A stretch of 63,630 bases of DNA, filler included, from Octopus bimaculoides (Eukaryota): NCBI RefSeq assembly GCF_001194135.2. It is 10 parts of 9 records of this genome, joined end to end, with 100 filler letters (N's around TTAATTAATTAA, not from the genome) between each part and the next. Parts side by side here need not be neighbours in the genome. Positions count along the whole stretch, not along the records: positions 1 to 4,348 come from NC_068982.1; positions 4,449 to 6,965 come from NW_026300745.1; positions 7,066 to 14,053 come from NC_068990.1; 7 more parts are not named here. One strand, given 5' to 3'. A model generated the notes under the pieces. That model saw nothing but the letters and a program-made list of their open reading frames with translations. It searched no databases and was not told the origin of the DNA. Made by a program: the position numbers and the translations under genes. Each line of letters begins with the position of its first letter. Position 1 is the stretch's first letter. This document shows, in pieces, positions 1 to 12,389 of the stretch.

Positions 1-33
<33 letters not shown>

Positions 34-105
34 ATATGTGTGTGTGTGTGTATATATATATGTATAGCTCTATGTGTGTGTGAGTGTATCATATGCATGA
101 GTGTA

Positions 106-1191
106 CAGGGTGTCCCAAAATTAAAGCAACCACCTTTTTTCAATTTTGCCAAAGCAAAATATTGTTATATTTCAAGTCCAAGCATTAAAATGCAATGATA
201 AAGGAAACACAATTTTGACACTACCACATTTATTCAGTATGACCACCTCTGTTTTGAATCACAGTCTGAAATTTAGGTGTGAATGCTTCACACATGGCAT
301 GCAGCTGTTCTTGTGGAATCAAAGACCATTCCTGACACAGTTTTGCCTTCAGAGTATAAAGTAAAGCATGAGGAGTGCTTGAGACTCTCGTCTCCAAAAT
401 GAACCAAACAGAAAAATCCAGCAGATGGAAATTGGGCCTTCTTGAGGGCCATACAACCTTGCCTATGAATGACGGAATGTTTTTCTGAATCCAGTGTTGT
501 GTCTCTTGGAGCTGTGGGATGGTGCCGAGCCCTTTTGCAGGCTCCATAGTGCGCCTTGAATGTGCTCATTCACTCATGGAAGCAGTTCAGCTTCCAGAAT
601 GTTGCTCATGTATTACTGGGTGTTAATTTTAATACCTGAGGGCTCAAAAATGAGGGGAGACCTTCCAGTAGTTGTCACAGCTGCCCAAACCATAATTGAC
701 TGTGGATTTTGACATCGATTTATGAGTTTACTCTTAGCAGAGCCAGATACACTCCAAACTCGGTCATTCTGTTTTTTACACCAGGTTAAGCAACATGCCT
801 TCAGCAATCTGATGAATGATGAGGATTTTGCCATATCTTTTCTCTGGTACTTTTTGATAAGCTGAGCATGCACACTTTTTTTGCAGTCATGTCCAGGTCA
901 ATCAGCAGTGGAACCAGTCTCTTGAAATTTCTTGACAATTTTCCAGACTGATGTTCAGTTAATTTGAAGCTTTTTTGCTATAGCTGTATTGATTTCACCT
1001 CCTTTGTCAAGGGTTATGATTGTATTTCGGTCTATAGCCATTATCTAATTTATAAATCTGAATTTATTTAGTTTGAAACAAAAAGAAGATACTCTAAGCT
1101 TTATAATGGTCTATAATGTTCATATCTTATCACATTTGTTGATAGTTATTAAAGCCCAAAACTTTGGTTGCCTTAATTTCACGACATCCTA
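106..1191 (-). mobile_element. Decayed Tc1/mariner DNA transposon (maT/DD37D-like) with both TIRs and TA target duplication
   Basis: Left TIR CAGGGTGTCCCAAAATTAAAGCAACC (106-131) matches degenerate right TIR GGTTGCCTTAATTTCACGACATCCTA (1166-1191); TA at 104-105 and 1192-1193; transposase remnants inside. Confidence 0.9.
230..1041 (-). pseudogene. Mariner-family transposase pseudogene (stops, frameshifts, internal deletion)
   Basis: ATG at 1041 gives MAIDRNTIITLDKGGEINTAIAKKLQIN*TSVWKIVKKFQETGS (HTH-like); then KQNDRVW...QNPQSIMVWAAVTTTGRSPLIF; then WPSRRPNFHLLDFSVW (WPxxSPDLNPLD motif) ...RGGHTE*. Confidence 0.88.
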
Positions 1192-1218
1192 TATACATAT
1201 CTGTTTTTTTTATTTTTA

Positions 1219-1271
<53 letters not shown>

Positions 1272-1479
1272 TCAACAGAGGAGCTCCAGAGATTCTTGAT
1301 ATAGAAAACACTTAGTAGTGCTCAAATGATTCAAGCTTAGACTCCAGCATTTTTACAAGGGACCAATTCTATGGGGTAAAGAGTGGCTATAACAGGAATC
1401 CAGGCGAACAGATACGGAGGCAATTAAGTAGAAAAACAAATTAGATATAACAGCTTGGGTTTTATAGACAATATATATA

Positions 1480-2100
1480 TATATGTACACATGGAGCCAG
1501 AAAGAAAGCAAAGGCTGAAAATTTTCAGACAATGAATATTTAAGTATAAATATGTAGATATTAATATATTAATAAATCAAAACTTAAACAGAATACAAAG
1601 GACAGAAAATTAAAGGGGAAGAGGTAAGGTGTTATAAGTCCGATGGTTGTTCCTTGGGACTTGGAGTGCCATCATAATGTTGGTAGATGTAGTTCACCAA
1701 AATATGCAGCCAGTAATGGAAGCAAATAAACATTGGATAAATCAAGCCTCCGTCATCAAGGTAGAAAAAAAATCTTACATTTCAGATAATGATGCAGTGA
1801 AGTTTAAAAGCGGAAAGTTTTATACTGCTCTGTCAAAAATCATTTTAACATGTTCCTCATGCTGGTCTCTAGACTCACTTTATATGAATATGTCATCCAA
1901 ATATGCTATAGCGAAATTCGTATCTGCAAGCATCGTGCCCGTCACCTGTTGAAAAAGTAATACTGCTCTGTCATTTATATTCTGTGTAAGTTTGATCTAT
2001 TAATATATTAATATGATCTATTAATATGATCTATTAATATATTCCTCATCTGAAAATATTCAGTCTTTGCTTTCTTTCTGTTTGCATGTATACATCTATA
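1480..2100. repeat. Diverged inverted repeat pair (arms ~1480-1606 and ~1967-2100)
   Basis: AAAGAAAGCAAAGGCTGAAAATTTTCAGA and ATATATTAATAAATCAAAACTTAAACAGAATACAAAGGACAGA each match the reverse complement of the right arm. Confidence 0.75.
1836..1959 (-). mobile_element. Ty3/Gypsy reverse transcriptase fragment
   Basis: Minus strand reads FQQVTGTMLADTNFAIAYLDDIFI*SESRDQHEEHVKMIF; YLDD at 1892-1903; flanked by 14-bp direct repeat ATACTGCTCTGTCA (1822-1835, 1960-1973). Confidence 0.8.
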
Positions 2101-2404
2101 TATATTTTGTATATGTGTGTGTGTGCATGTATAGGTATATAAAGAGTATGAGGGATTTAGTTCGTTGGTGATCTAAACACATAGGTGTGCTGTGTAAGTG
2201 CTATAATTGGTCAACTGTTAGGTTCCAAGTTCACAGTTACAGCTGGAGCTAAGGATCCATAGTAGGCTTCCAAGTTAGCAGGTATATGTTAAAGGAAAAA
2301 GGACAACAAAACCATGGCAGGATGAGTATCTCAAGTCATTTAGAATATTTAATTAGAGTAAGGTGAATTTGAGGTAATTAACTAATTAATTAATTAATTA
2401 TTGG

Positions 2405-2483
2405 ATGTCTTACAGCTGTTTCTGGAATATCCCAAGTGATAGGTTAGCATCTCCATACACTGGGTATTCCGTCATCGGAGATA
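2405..2483 (-). ncRNA. Minimal type I hammerhead ribozyme motif with long helix II (U4C variant)
   Basis: Minus strand: TCT-CCGATGA-c-GGAATACCCAGTG...CACTTGGGATATTCC-a-GAAA-CAGCTGTA-AGA; palindromic helix III ACAGCTGT, GUA cleavage triplet. Confidence 0.6.
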
Positions 2484-3034
2484 AGGTGAGTATGTATGAA
2501 AGTTCTAGACAGGGAATTCACAGTTTATAAAGGAATAAAATAGTAGATATAAGAACAAAGAGTAAAACAGTAGATAGAATACAGACAGGAGAATAAAGTT
2601 CACAGCTCATCTTCTTCCAGAGGGTATGGAGGTTAGTCTATACTTTTCTGAAGGTATAGGTCCTTCACAGTTAGTGTTCAAGGTAGGGTGGGGATGTTGG
2701 AACTGAAACCTGTTCTGTTTGCTACATAACACCCCCGTACCTCCCCCCCAATCACTAACTAACAAAAACTAACTCCTCTCAGTTTGCTTTGAGACTGGTC
2801 AAATGGATAGATCTTGAAGAAGCCGCACCAATAATAGTCACAGGTTGCATCTGCAACTACCAGTAGTCTGTGCAGTGAAAGCATTAGGTCATTATAATAT
2901 GCTGTACAAATTTGCAAAATAAGAAAATAAGTTTTGAGGATGAACAAGTCTCGAAACACTTTATAATTATTACTAATATATATATACATATAGTTCAAAT
3001 TTACAGAAAATATGTATTTACAATACATTTTTTC

Positions 3035-3086
<52 letters not shown>

Positions 3087-3591
3087 GCACACACATACAT
3101 ATATATGTATATGTATGTATACTACTATGTGTGATAGCTAAATGTGTACCTTTATAACCATATTGGTAAGTAGATTTGTCGGTAGGTACCTTTGTCATTA
3201 ACAGGGCTTTATAGAACCATTTCCTACCAAAATGACTACACCAAAACATTCCATTCCTTTATTATTGATCTACTTAATTCTCCTTTCCCCCTCCTTTTTC
3301 ATGTGTGTATATATATGTATGAATATATGTGAATGAATACTTGAATATGTGTGTTTTTCTCTGCATATATATATATATATATGTGTAAGGGCCTATGTTT
3401 GTGTGTGCGTGTGTGTGTGTGTACATTTCTCTATATATGTGTTTTTGTATGGGAATGTGTGTGTGTTGCTGTTTGTATGTGTGCATGTTTGTAATTAAAT
3501 ACTCCCTATTTAAACTGAATAACAAACACTAAAATACCAGTTTGAAAACTCCTGAGAAACTCCTGAGTCAGCCATTTCTATTCATTTTTTC

Positions 3592-3679
<88 letters not shown>

Positions 3680-3760
3680 TAGAAAATTACTATTTGTAAA
3701 TCTCACAATGAGAGATATTTACCAACAGTACTCTGGAGTAAAGATTATTTACCAACATAA

Positions 3761-4125
3761 CATGGCAGTCCTGGTTTAGGATGAATGTTGCTGTAATTTA
3801 GCTCCAGCAGACACCGTCTCCAGCTGGCTGTACGACATGATCTGTGTCCTTATATTTTTGAACAAGGGAACCTAGCACCCCCACCCAGCTCAAAACAATA
3901 TCTGTGTATCGTGATTTCCAAGTTATTTCCCTTCATCAGTACAGAATAATTGAAGGGAAATATCCTGGAATCGCGATACACAGATATTGTTTTGAGCTAG
4001 GTGTGGGGTGCTAGATTCCCTTGTTCAAAAATATAAGGACACAGATCGTATCGTATAGCCAGCTGGAGACGATGTCTCCTGGGGCTAAATTACAGCAACA
4101 TTTGTCCTAAACTAGGACTGTCATG
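3761..4125. repeat. Fold-back element with ~175-bp inverted arms and a 15-nt spacer
   Basis: Arm 3761-3935 is the reverse complement of 3951-4125 with scattered mismatches; spacer TCAGTACAGAATAAT. Confidence 0.92.
3902..3944 (-). ncRNA. Minimal hammerhead-like motif at the inner end of the fold-back arm
   Basis: Minus strand CTGTA-CTGATGA-AGGGAAATAACTTG-GAAA-TCACGATA-CACAG; the other arm keeps palindrome ATCGCGAT and a better helix II (AGGG aaata TCCT). Confidence 0.5.
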
Positions 4126-4392
4126 GTCGGGTCGTCGGCGACTAAACTGGCAACCCCACCAGGCTTGCTTGGTGAGGAGGGTGTTGTTGGACACCCTGCA
4201 GGACGAAAAATAAGACTTGTCAAAAGGGCGGATGAACTCCTGAACAGTCAACGACCATCCAACAAAATGTCTGTAAATATGTATATATATATATATATGT
4301 ATGGGTGTGTATATGTGTGTGAATGTCTGTAAATATGTATATATGAATNNNNNNNNNNNNNNNNNNNNNNNNNNNNNNNNNNNNNNNNNNNN

Positions 4393-4404
4393 TTAATTAA
4401 TTAA
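4393..4404. other. Assembly filler TTAATTAATTAA between N-runs; also at about 7010, 14098, 18135, 35289, 40497, 49662, 56640, 58996
   Basis: Identical 12-mer always flanked by N-runs on both sides. Confidence 0.9.
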
Positions 4405-4448
4405 NNNNNNNNNNNNNNNNNNNNNNNNNNNNNNNNNNNNNNNNNNNN

Positions 4449-4767
4449 ACTGGCCTTCGTAGGATTTTTGAGCGAGATCGTTGCCAGCGCCCCTGGACTG
4501 GCTCTTGTGCGGGTGGCACATAAAATACACCATTTTGAACGTAGCTGTTGCCAGTACCGCCTGACTGGCCTTCGTGCAGGTGACACGTAAAAGCACCTAC
4601 TACACTCTCCGAGTGGTTGGCGTTAAGAAGGGCATCCAGCTGTAGAAACTCTGCCAAATCTAGATTGGAGCCTGGTGTTGCCATCCGGTTTCACCAGTCC
4701 TCAGTCAAATCGTCCAACCCATGCTAGCATGGAAAGCAGACGTTAAACGATGATGATGATGATGATA
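4449..4767 (+). mobile_element. SINE family A (AGGAAGGGCATCCAGCTGTAGAAAC domain, (ATG)n tail); other copies 4949-5108(+), 19828-19992(+), 20902-21215(-), 22130-22277(+), 31870-32196(+), 32760-32905(-, degenerate)
   Basis: Near-identical ~150-bp body ending CCAACCCATGCTAGCATGGAAAGCGGACGTTAAACGATGATG at several loci; longer copies carry internally repeated ~70-bp 5' units. Confidence 0.85.
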
Positions 4768-5186
4768 ACGATTGCTGTTATCATTACTACTCACAGTTAA
4801 TTCCATCATCTCACCAGCCAGTTGGAAACGAGGCTTTGGAATGATACTTAAACATGGCTGACTCCTAATCAGCAAAGGTTCACGATTAAGACAACTAACG
4901 ACGGATACCGTACCCTCATTCTTAGAAGGGTGAAGCCTATTTGCGGCCAGTGGTTGGCATTAGGAAGGGCATCCGGCTGTAGAAACCTTGCCAGATCGCA
5001 TTGGAGCCTGCTGCAGCCTCCTGGCTTGCCAGACCTCAGTCAAACCGTCCAACCCATGCCAGCATGGAAAGCAGACGTTAAACAATGATGATGATGATGA
5101 TGATGATGGTTAATTAATGAAACAAAATAGTCAAAGTGGTAGTGGTAGTGGTGGTGGTGGTGGTGGTGGTAGTGGTAGTAGTCACG

Positions 5187-5234
<48 letters not shown>

Positions 5235-5311
5235 TTTAGCAGTGGTAGTAGTTGTTTGATCTTGCCCAGCTAGTGAGAAGAGGTTTATGTATATATGTAC
5301 ATGTGTGTGTG

Positions 5312-5353
<42 letters not shown>

Positions 5354-5375
5354 TATACACACACACACACATATG

Positions 5376-5417
<42 letters not shown>

Positions 5418-6402
5418 NNNNNNNNNNNNNNNNNNNNNNNNNNNNNNNNNNNNNNNNNNNNNNNNNNNNNNNNNNNNNNNNNNNNNNNNNNNNNNNNNNN
5501 NNNNNNNNNNNNNNNNNNNNNNNNNNNNNNNNNNNNNNNNNNNNNNNNNNNNNNNNNNNNNNNNNNNNNNNNNNNNNNNNNNNNNNNNNNNNNNNNNNNN
5601 NNNNNNNNNNNNNNNNNNNNNNNNNNNNNNNNNNNNNNNNNNNNNNNNNNNNNNNNNNNNNNNNNNNNNNNNNNNNNNNNNNNNNNNNNNNNNNNNNNNN
5701 NNNNNNNNNNNNNNNNNNNNNNNNNNNNNNNNNNNNNNNNNNNNNNNNNNNNNNNNNNNNNNNNNNNNNNNNNNNNNNNNNNNNNNNNNNNNNNNNNNNN
5801 NNNNNNNNNNNNNNNNNNNNNNNNNNNNNNNNNNNNNNNNNNNNNNNNNNNNNNNNNNNNNNNNNNNNNNNNNNNNNNNNNNNNNNNNNNNNNNNNNNNN
5901 NNNNNNNNNNNNNNNNNNNNNNNNNNNNNNNNNNNNNNNNNNNNNNNNNNNNNNNNNNNNNNNNNNNNNNNNNNNNNNNNNNNNNNNNNNNNNNNNNNNN
6001 NNNNNNNNNNNNNNNNNNNNNNNNNNNNNNNNNNNNNNNNNNNNNNNNNNNNNNNNNNNNNNNNNNNNNNNNNNNNNNNNNNNNNNNNNNNNNNNNNNNN
6101 NNNNNNNNNNNNNNNNNNNNNNNNNNNNNNNNNNNNNNNNNNNNNNNNNNNNNNNNNNNNNNNNNNNNNNNNNNNNNNNNNNNNNNNNNNNNNNNNNNNN
6201 NNNNNNNNNNNNNNNNNNNNNNNNNNNNNNNNNNNNNNNNNNNNNNNNNNNNNNNNNNNNNNNNNNNNNNNNNNNTGAAAAATATGACAAATGTAATTAA
6301 TAGTAACGAAGATGAAATGATTAAACAAAAGACAATTCTTCGTTATCAAATTATGTTTTTTTAGAGAGGAAATATTAATACTAGTTTTTTTTTTTTTTTC
6401 TG

Positions 6403-6640
6403 TTAACCATTCTGATGTCAATCTGTCCAAGGCCAAACTCGATCGCATGGTACGAAATTACTGTTTTAACGAGATCTAAATTAAAATGGTCTATCAAGAT
6501 TTCAAGTTGGTTTATGTACCAAACACCAAGCTTAAATGATAACGGCAAAGTTATTTTACTAAAACTCTCCTTCGTTAATTTTAAAATTAATTGAATTACA
6601 AGCAGTTTATTTCAACAGAAATATTGTAACAAAAGGGGTT
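6403..6640. mobile_element. Possible piggyBac-like MITE (degenerate)
   Basis: Begins TTAACCATT and ends AACAAAAGGGGTT, resembling TTAA-CCCTT...AAGGG-TTAA ends; both termini are degenerate. Confidence 0.35.
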
Positions 6641-6655
6641 TGTGTCTGTATGTAA

Positions 6656-6965
6656 TGTTGTTGTTGTTGGCACTCCGTCGCTTACGACGTCGAGGGTTCC
6701 AGTTGATCCGATCAACGGAACAGCCTACTCGTGAAATTAACGTGTAAGTGGCTGAGCACTCCACAGACACGTCTACCCTTAACGTAGTTCTCGGGGGGGA
6801 TATTCAGCGTGACACAGAGTGTGACAAGGCTGACCCCTTTGAATTACAGGCACAACAGAAAACAGGAAGTAAGAGTCAGAGAAAGCTGTGGTGAAAGAGT
6901 ACAGCAGGGTTCCACCACCATCCCCTACCGGAGCCTCGTGGAGCTTTAGGTGTTTTCGCTCAATA
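6656..6965 (-). mobile_element. SINE family D (tRNA-derived, (CAA)n tail), head lost in gap
   Basis: Reverse complement of the body seen in full at 16451-16777, 33387-33765 and 56290-56595. Confidence 0.85.
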
Positions 6966-7740
6966 NNNNNNNNNNNNNNNNNNNNNNNNNNNNNNNNNNN
7001 NNNNNNNNNTTAATTAATTAANNNNNNNNNNNNNNNNNNNNNNNNNNNNNNNNNNNNNNNNNNNNTATATATATATATATGTATATATATATTTATATAT
7101 ATATATATTTATATATATATATATATATAACATGTAATCCATAATCATTAGGTCAGACCAACGATTATGGATTAAATTTTCATTGACTCTTAGGCTCACC
7201 TTTTAAGTCCTCTATTCAGAGTGATCAAACATAAACTACATTTAACTTGTCACTCTTGGAGTATGTGTATGAGTGCTTGTGTTTGTGTATGGGGTGGGGG
7301 TTGAGTCTAAGTGTGTGCGAGTGTGCGTGACTATATAATTCGAATTTGCTTCGACATAACCAATAATTACTTCTTTACAACTCAATATATACATGTATTA
7401 TACTGCACAGTATTTCAACGCTCTGTTCGTGAGGTAGTGTGAATACATCTCCGTCCGCGCCACTGGATTTCTGTTCTTCTATATAACGACAGATATAACT
7501 ATTGAGCATAATATTGAGTAATAAATAAATGACAAAATAATAGGAGTCACGTAATCACATTCATGGGCTTACAAATGTTTCCACTAACGAACAGTGCCCA
7601 TTGATCTGAATGACACTGTGACATCTTTCAGTTTCAGAGCTCTAACATGTTCGGGCTCTGATGAAGCTATATTAAATATGTATGTATGTATGTATCTATC
7701 TATCTATCTATCTATCTGTCTGTCTATCTATCTGTCTATC

Positions 7741-7808
<68 letters not shown>

Positions 7809-7835
7809 AATTAATCAATCAATCTCTCTCTTTCA

Positions 7836-7900
<65 letters not shown>

Positions 7901-8042
7901 TCCTGAGTCGATTTCTTCGACAAAAGCCCTTTAAGGTGTTGCTCCAGCATGACCACAGCCCAATGACTGAAACAAGTAGAAGAACCCATATACTCACAAA
8001 AACGTAGACACACATAGATATCATATGCATGTGTGTGTGTTT

Positions 8043-8095
<53 letters not shown>

Positions 8096-8130
8096 CACGT
8101 TCACGCAAACGCATACATATAGTGATAGGT

Positions 8131-8165
<35 letters not shown>

Positions 8166-8939
8166 CCACTAGCACACCAGTGTTGTCAAATATGCTGACA
8201 GCTTTTTTTAATGAAAGAAAATGGCGCTTGAAAACAATAGGAGAAAACATTGATGAATGTCATCAATCGAGAAAATATATGTACAGGCATAGAATCGAAG
8301 CCCTTGATCAATCAGACAGAGCTGTGATGTATCGGTTGATAATATAGCATAACATAGAATATCTATATATGAAAAACCACTTTTCCGTGCTCGCATGCGT
8401 CAAACAGATTTTATATACCCGCATGTCAATCGCTTTGCCAACCCTTATTTGTTTCCAAGTAAGGATATCTATTTCGCCAAGCCCAGACATGATTACGTGG
8501 GAGATTGGAAACAAAGAACTTGTCTTGCATGACAGTGAGACTCACTTAAATCCACCGTCCGATGTCAAGGCAAGAAGACAAAGATCAAACACACACACAC
8601 ACATGCATACACGCACATCGACCTGATCGTTGGTATGACTACAACGTTCCTGTGATCTCATGAGCTGGTTTTCTTTACTGTCCATTGATCTGTGAATTTA
8701 CAATTGCATAGAATAATGCATAGCATACATATTAATGAAAACATGTAAGCATAGACTTCTTGCACAATGAAACTATTAATACTACATGATGAAGGTTGCG
8801 AAACGGTCGTAACCCTAAGGGTATCACTTTCTGAAATAAATATATTTTCACCTTTATTGCCGGACAGCTAAGTTACGGGAACGTTATCAAAATATGCGAT
8901 GACGGGAAGCAAACACGGACACAAAGATAAACACACGCG

Positions 8940-8972
<33 letters not shown>

Positions 8973-9644
8973 NNNNNNNNNNNNNNNNNNNNNNNNNNNN
9001 NNNNNNNNNNNNNNNNNNNNNNNNNNNNNNNNNNNNNNNNNNNNNNNNNNNNNNNNNNNNNNNNNNNNNNNNNNNNNNNNNNNNNNNNNNNNNNNNNNNN
9101 NNNNNNNNNNNNNNNNNNNNNNNNNNNNNNNNNNNNNNNNNNNNNNNNNNNNNNNNNNNNNNNNNNNNNNNNNNNNNNNNNNNNNNNNNNNNNNNNNNNN
9201 NNNNNNNNNNNNNNNNNNNNNNNNNNNNNNNNNNNNNNNNNNNNNNNNNNNNNNNNNNNNNNNNNNNNNNNNNNNNNNNNNNNNNNNNNNNNNNNNNNNN
9301 NNNNNNNNNNNNNNNNNNNNNNNNNNNNNNNNNNNNNNNNNNNNNNNNNNNNNNNNNNNNNNNNNNNNNNNNNNNNNNNNNNNNNNNNNNNNNNNNNNNN
9401 NNNNNNNNNNNNNNNNNNNNNNNNNNNNNNNNNNNNNNNNNNNNNNNNNNNNNNNNNNNNNNNNNNNNNNNNNNNNNNNNNNNNNNNNNNNNNNNNNNNN
9501 NNNNNNNNNNNNNNNNNNNNNNNNNNNNNNNNNNNNNNNNNNNNNNNNNNNNNNNNNNNNNNNNNNNNNNNNNNNNNNNNNNNNNNNNNNNNNNNNNNNN
9601 NNNNNNNNNNNNNNNNNNNNNNNNTATATATATATATATATATC

Positions 9645-9758
9645 AACCACATTGTTCCGGGTTCAGTCCCACTGTGTGGGACCTTGGGCAAGTGTCTTCT
9701 ACTATAGGCTCGGGCCGACCAAAGCCTAGTGAGTGGATTTGGTAGACGGAAACTGAAA
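9645..9758 (+). mobile_element. SINE family B (tRNA head, CORE-like domain), truncated
   Basis: GGGTTCAGTCCCACTG (B-box-like) then CCTTGGGCAAGTGTCTTCT, resembling the CORE-SINE motif CCTTGGGCAAG. Confidence 0.8.
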
Positions 9759-9901
9759 GATTCCAGGCTAGTCAAGCCTGGAGAACGTTAAGACCAATTG
9801 ACATTGCCGTAGCGGGAGATTATTCTCTCTCCAAAGCACTGCCATAGCAACTGCATTGTTTCTTTTGCGGTACGAACAGTTGCCCCATCTTGCTGGAACC
9901 G
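9759..9901 (-). mobile_element. Second mariner-family transposase fragment (catalytic domain)
   Basis: Minus strand RFQQDGATVRTAKETMQLLWQCFGERIISRYGNVNWS*RSPGLT matches the FQQDGA..HT...WPPRSPDLT region. Confidence 0.8.
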
Positions 9902-10445
9902 TGTGGCAGAACCGTTAGCACGCTGGGCGAAATGCTTAGCGGAATTTCTTCTACCGCTACGTTCTGAGTTCAAATTCGTCGAGGTCGACTTTTCCTTTTA
10001 TCCTTTCGGAGTCGATTAAATAAGTACCAGTTACGCACTGGGGTCGATATAATGGACTTAATCCCTTTATCTGTCCTTGTTTGTACCCTCTATGTTTTGC
10101 CCCCTGTGGGCAATAAAGAAATAAATGTTTCATTAACTGGCGTATGTCGTTTTTTTGTTTCATCTTCATATGTGTTTAAGTGTGTGTGTGCATACGGTTG
10201 TTGATCATTTCCTATGCATTATTCAACTGGAATAACACGGTGAGGTGACAGAATCGTTAGCACGGAGGACAAAATATTTAGCAGTATTTCGTCCGTCTTT
10301 ACGTTGTGAGTTCAAATTCCGTCGAGGTCTACTTTGCCCTTCATCCTTCCCGGGGTCGATTAAATAAGTACCAGTTACGTACTGGGGTCGATTTAATCGA
10401 CTTAATTCTTCCCCCCAAATTTGAGGCCTTGTGCTTCCAGTTGAA
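9902..10445 (+). mobile_element. SINE family C (Deu/Nin-like domain), two copies (~9902-10125, ~10240-10445)
   Basis: GGCAGAA.CGTTAGCACG head, TTCTGAGTTCAAATTC B-box-like motif, GCCTTTCATCCTTTCGGGGTCGATAAA domain; the Deu/Nin assignment is from memory. Confidence 0.8.
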
Positions 10446-10759
10446 AGTATTACTTAACTGGAATAGGTCCATTTGTATTTTGTATCTACAGTGTTGTACA
10501 AAAAGGCTGTCTGTCTAATGGTGTAACTGTAATTTCGTTCGTTTCATTTTCGCCATGTTTGTGCGTGTGTGTCGCCATATTTGCGTGTGTGTGTTTCTGT
10601 GTGCGCGTGCTCTTGCAGTTGTTTTTCTGATTATTTTGTTGGAATGTGTATACCTGCACATTGATACATATATAGATAGACGGATAGATAAATGCATATA
10701 TAGATATCTAGATAGATAGCTAGATACATCCATACATTCACACATATATATGTGTATAT

Positions 10760-10804
<45 letters not shown>

Positions 10805-11269
10805 NNNNNNNNNNNNNNNNNNNNNNNNNNNNNNNNNNNNNNNNNNNNNNNNNNNNNNNNNNNNNNNNNNNNNNNNNNNNNNNNNNNNNNNNNNNNNNNN
10901 NNNNNNNNNNNNNNNNNNNNNNNNNNNNNNNNNNNNNNNNNNNNNNNNNNNNNNNNNNNNNNNNNNNNNNNNNNNNNNNNNNNNNNNNNNNNNNNNNNNN
11001 NNNNNNNNNNNNNNNNNNNNNNNNNNNNNNNNNNNNNNNNNNNNNNNNNNNNNNNNNNNNNNNNNNNNNNNNNNNNGATCTATATACACACATACATGCA
11101 TACGTACAAATATATGTATGTATGTATTATGTATGTATGTATGTATGGTTTAGACAGCAAACAGAAGGTATTGTGTAAGTCTACGTAGACTGCTAGCAAA
11201 ATAATAATAATTATTAATGGTTTCAGATTTTCTCACAAGAGCAGCAATTTTAGCGTAAGATATATGTCG

Positions 11270-11915
11270 ATATCATCGATCTCTGTGCGCAAGTGGTGCT
11301 TATGTTATCGATCCAGAAGGTATGACAGGCAAAATCCATGTTGGTTACTTGAACTCTGCACGTAAAAAGTCGGATGAAATACCGCTGAACATTCTATCCA
11401 TCGTGCTATTGTTTATGTTAGCTCGCCGGATTTATAATGATGATCTTTTCTAATTTAGGCATAGGGATTGAAATTTCAGGGGACGAGCTAGTCTATTACA
11501 TTGACCCCAGAGTTGGACTAGTACTTATATCATCGACCACACAAGGATGAAAAGCAAAGTCGACCTTGACGGAATTTGAATTCAGAGCGTAAAGACACGA
11601 AATACCGCAAAGCGTTTTGTCCGTGTGCTAACGATTTTCCCAGCTCGCCAATTATTGCAATAATAATAATACTTCTGTCCAAGGCGGCGAGCTGGCAGAA
11701 ACGTTAGCACGCCGGGCGAAATGCTTAGCGGTATTTCGTCTGCCGTTACGTTCTGAGTTCAAATTCCGCCGAGGTCGACTTTGACTCTCATCTTTTCGGG
11801 GTCGATAAATGAAGTACCAGTTACGCACTGAGGTTGATGTAATCGACTTAATCCCTTTTTCTGTCCTTGTTTGTCCCCTCTATGTTTAGCCCCTTGTGGG
11901 CAATAAAGAAATAAG
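11270..11915. mobile_element. SINE family C cluster: minus copies (~11270-11430, ~11445-11649) head-to-head with a plus copy (11681-11915)
   Basis: CAGCTCGCC at 11641-11649 is the reverse complement of the GGCGAGCTG head at 11686-11694. Confidence 0.8.
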
Positions 11916-12389
11916 AAACGTTAACACGCCGGGTGAAATACTTAGCGTATCTACACTTATACCGCCATATATATTTACACTCACATACATACATACATAC
12001 ATACATACACATATATGTATGTATATGTTTGTGTATATATGTATATATATTTGCATTTATATGAGTATCTGTGTGTGTGTGTGCGTGTGTATAAATAAAA
12101 GAGAATGATTTGGAAAGAGAAAAGAAGTAAAACATGTACGAAATAGGAGAGAGGAAAGGCAATGAATGAAAGGCAAAAAACTGGCTTCACAGACAGAGGT
12201 GATGAAGCTGTTGAATGGAATGCGAAATTCTATCAATAATTACATCAGCACAGTGACGAAGGGATAGGAAGAGGGGTTGGGAATGGGGTTTGATATGGCG
12301 TACTCTGACATCATTCAGGTTCTGTAAGGGCCATGAATATATAAATGTATACAATATGTGTCAATGTAATCAATACATGTATTAGAGTA

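Noticed and set aside
4393-4404. Recurrent TTAATTAATTAA palindrome
   Set aside because: Always between N-runs; an assembly filler, not biological.
5040-6448. ORFs spanning N-runs or made of YI/HT/CV/poly-I repeats throughout the track
   Set aside because: Artefacts of gaps and microsatellites.
7430-7438. TGAGGTAGT, matching the let-7 5' end
   Set aside because: The rest of the mature sequence is absent and no precursor hairpin forms.
8786-8812. Plus-strand hammerhead-like ATGATGA..GAAACGGTCGTA; similar weak hits at ~2934-2957, 17558-17586 and 49781-49818
   Set aside because: Core positions are mutated or helices I/II do not pair; counted only as possible decayed relics.
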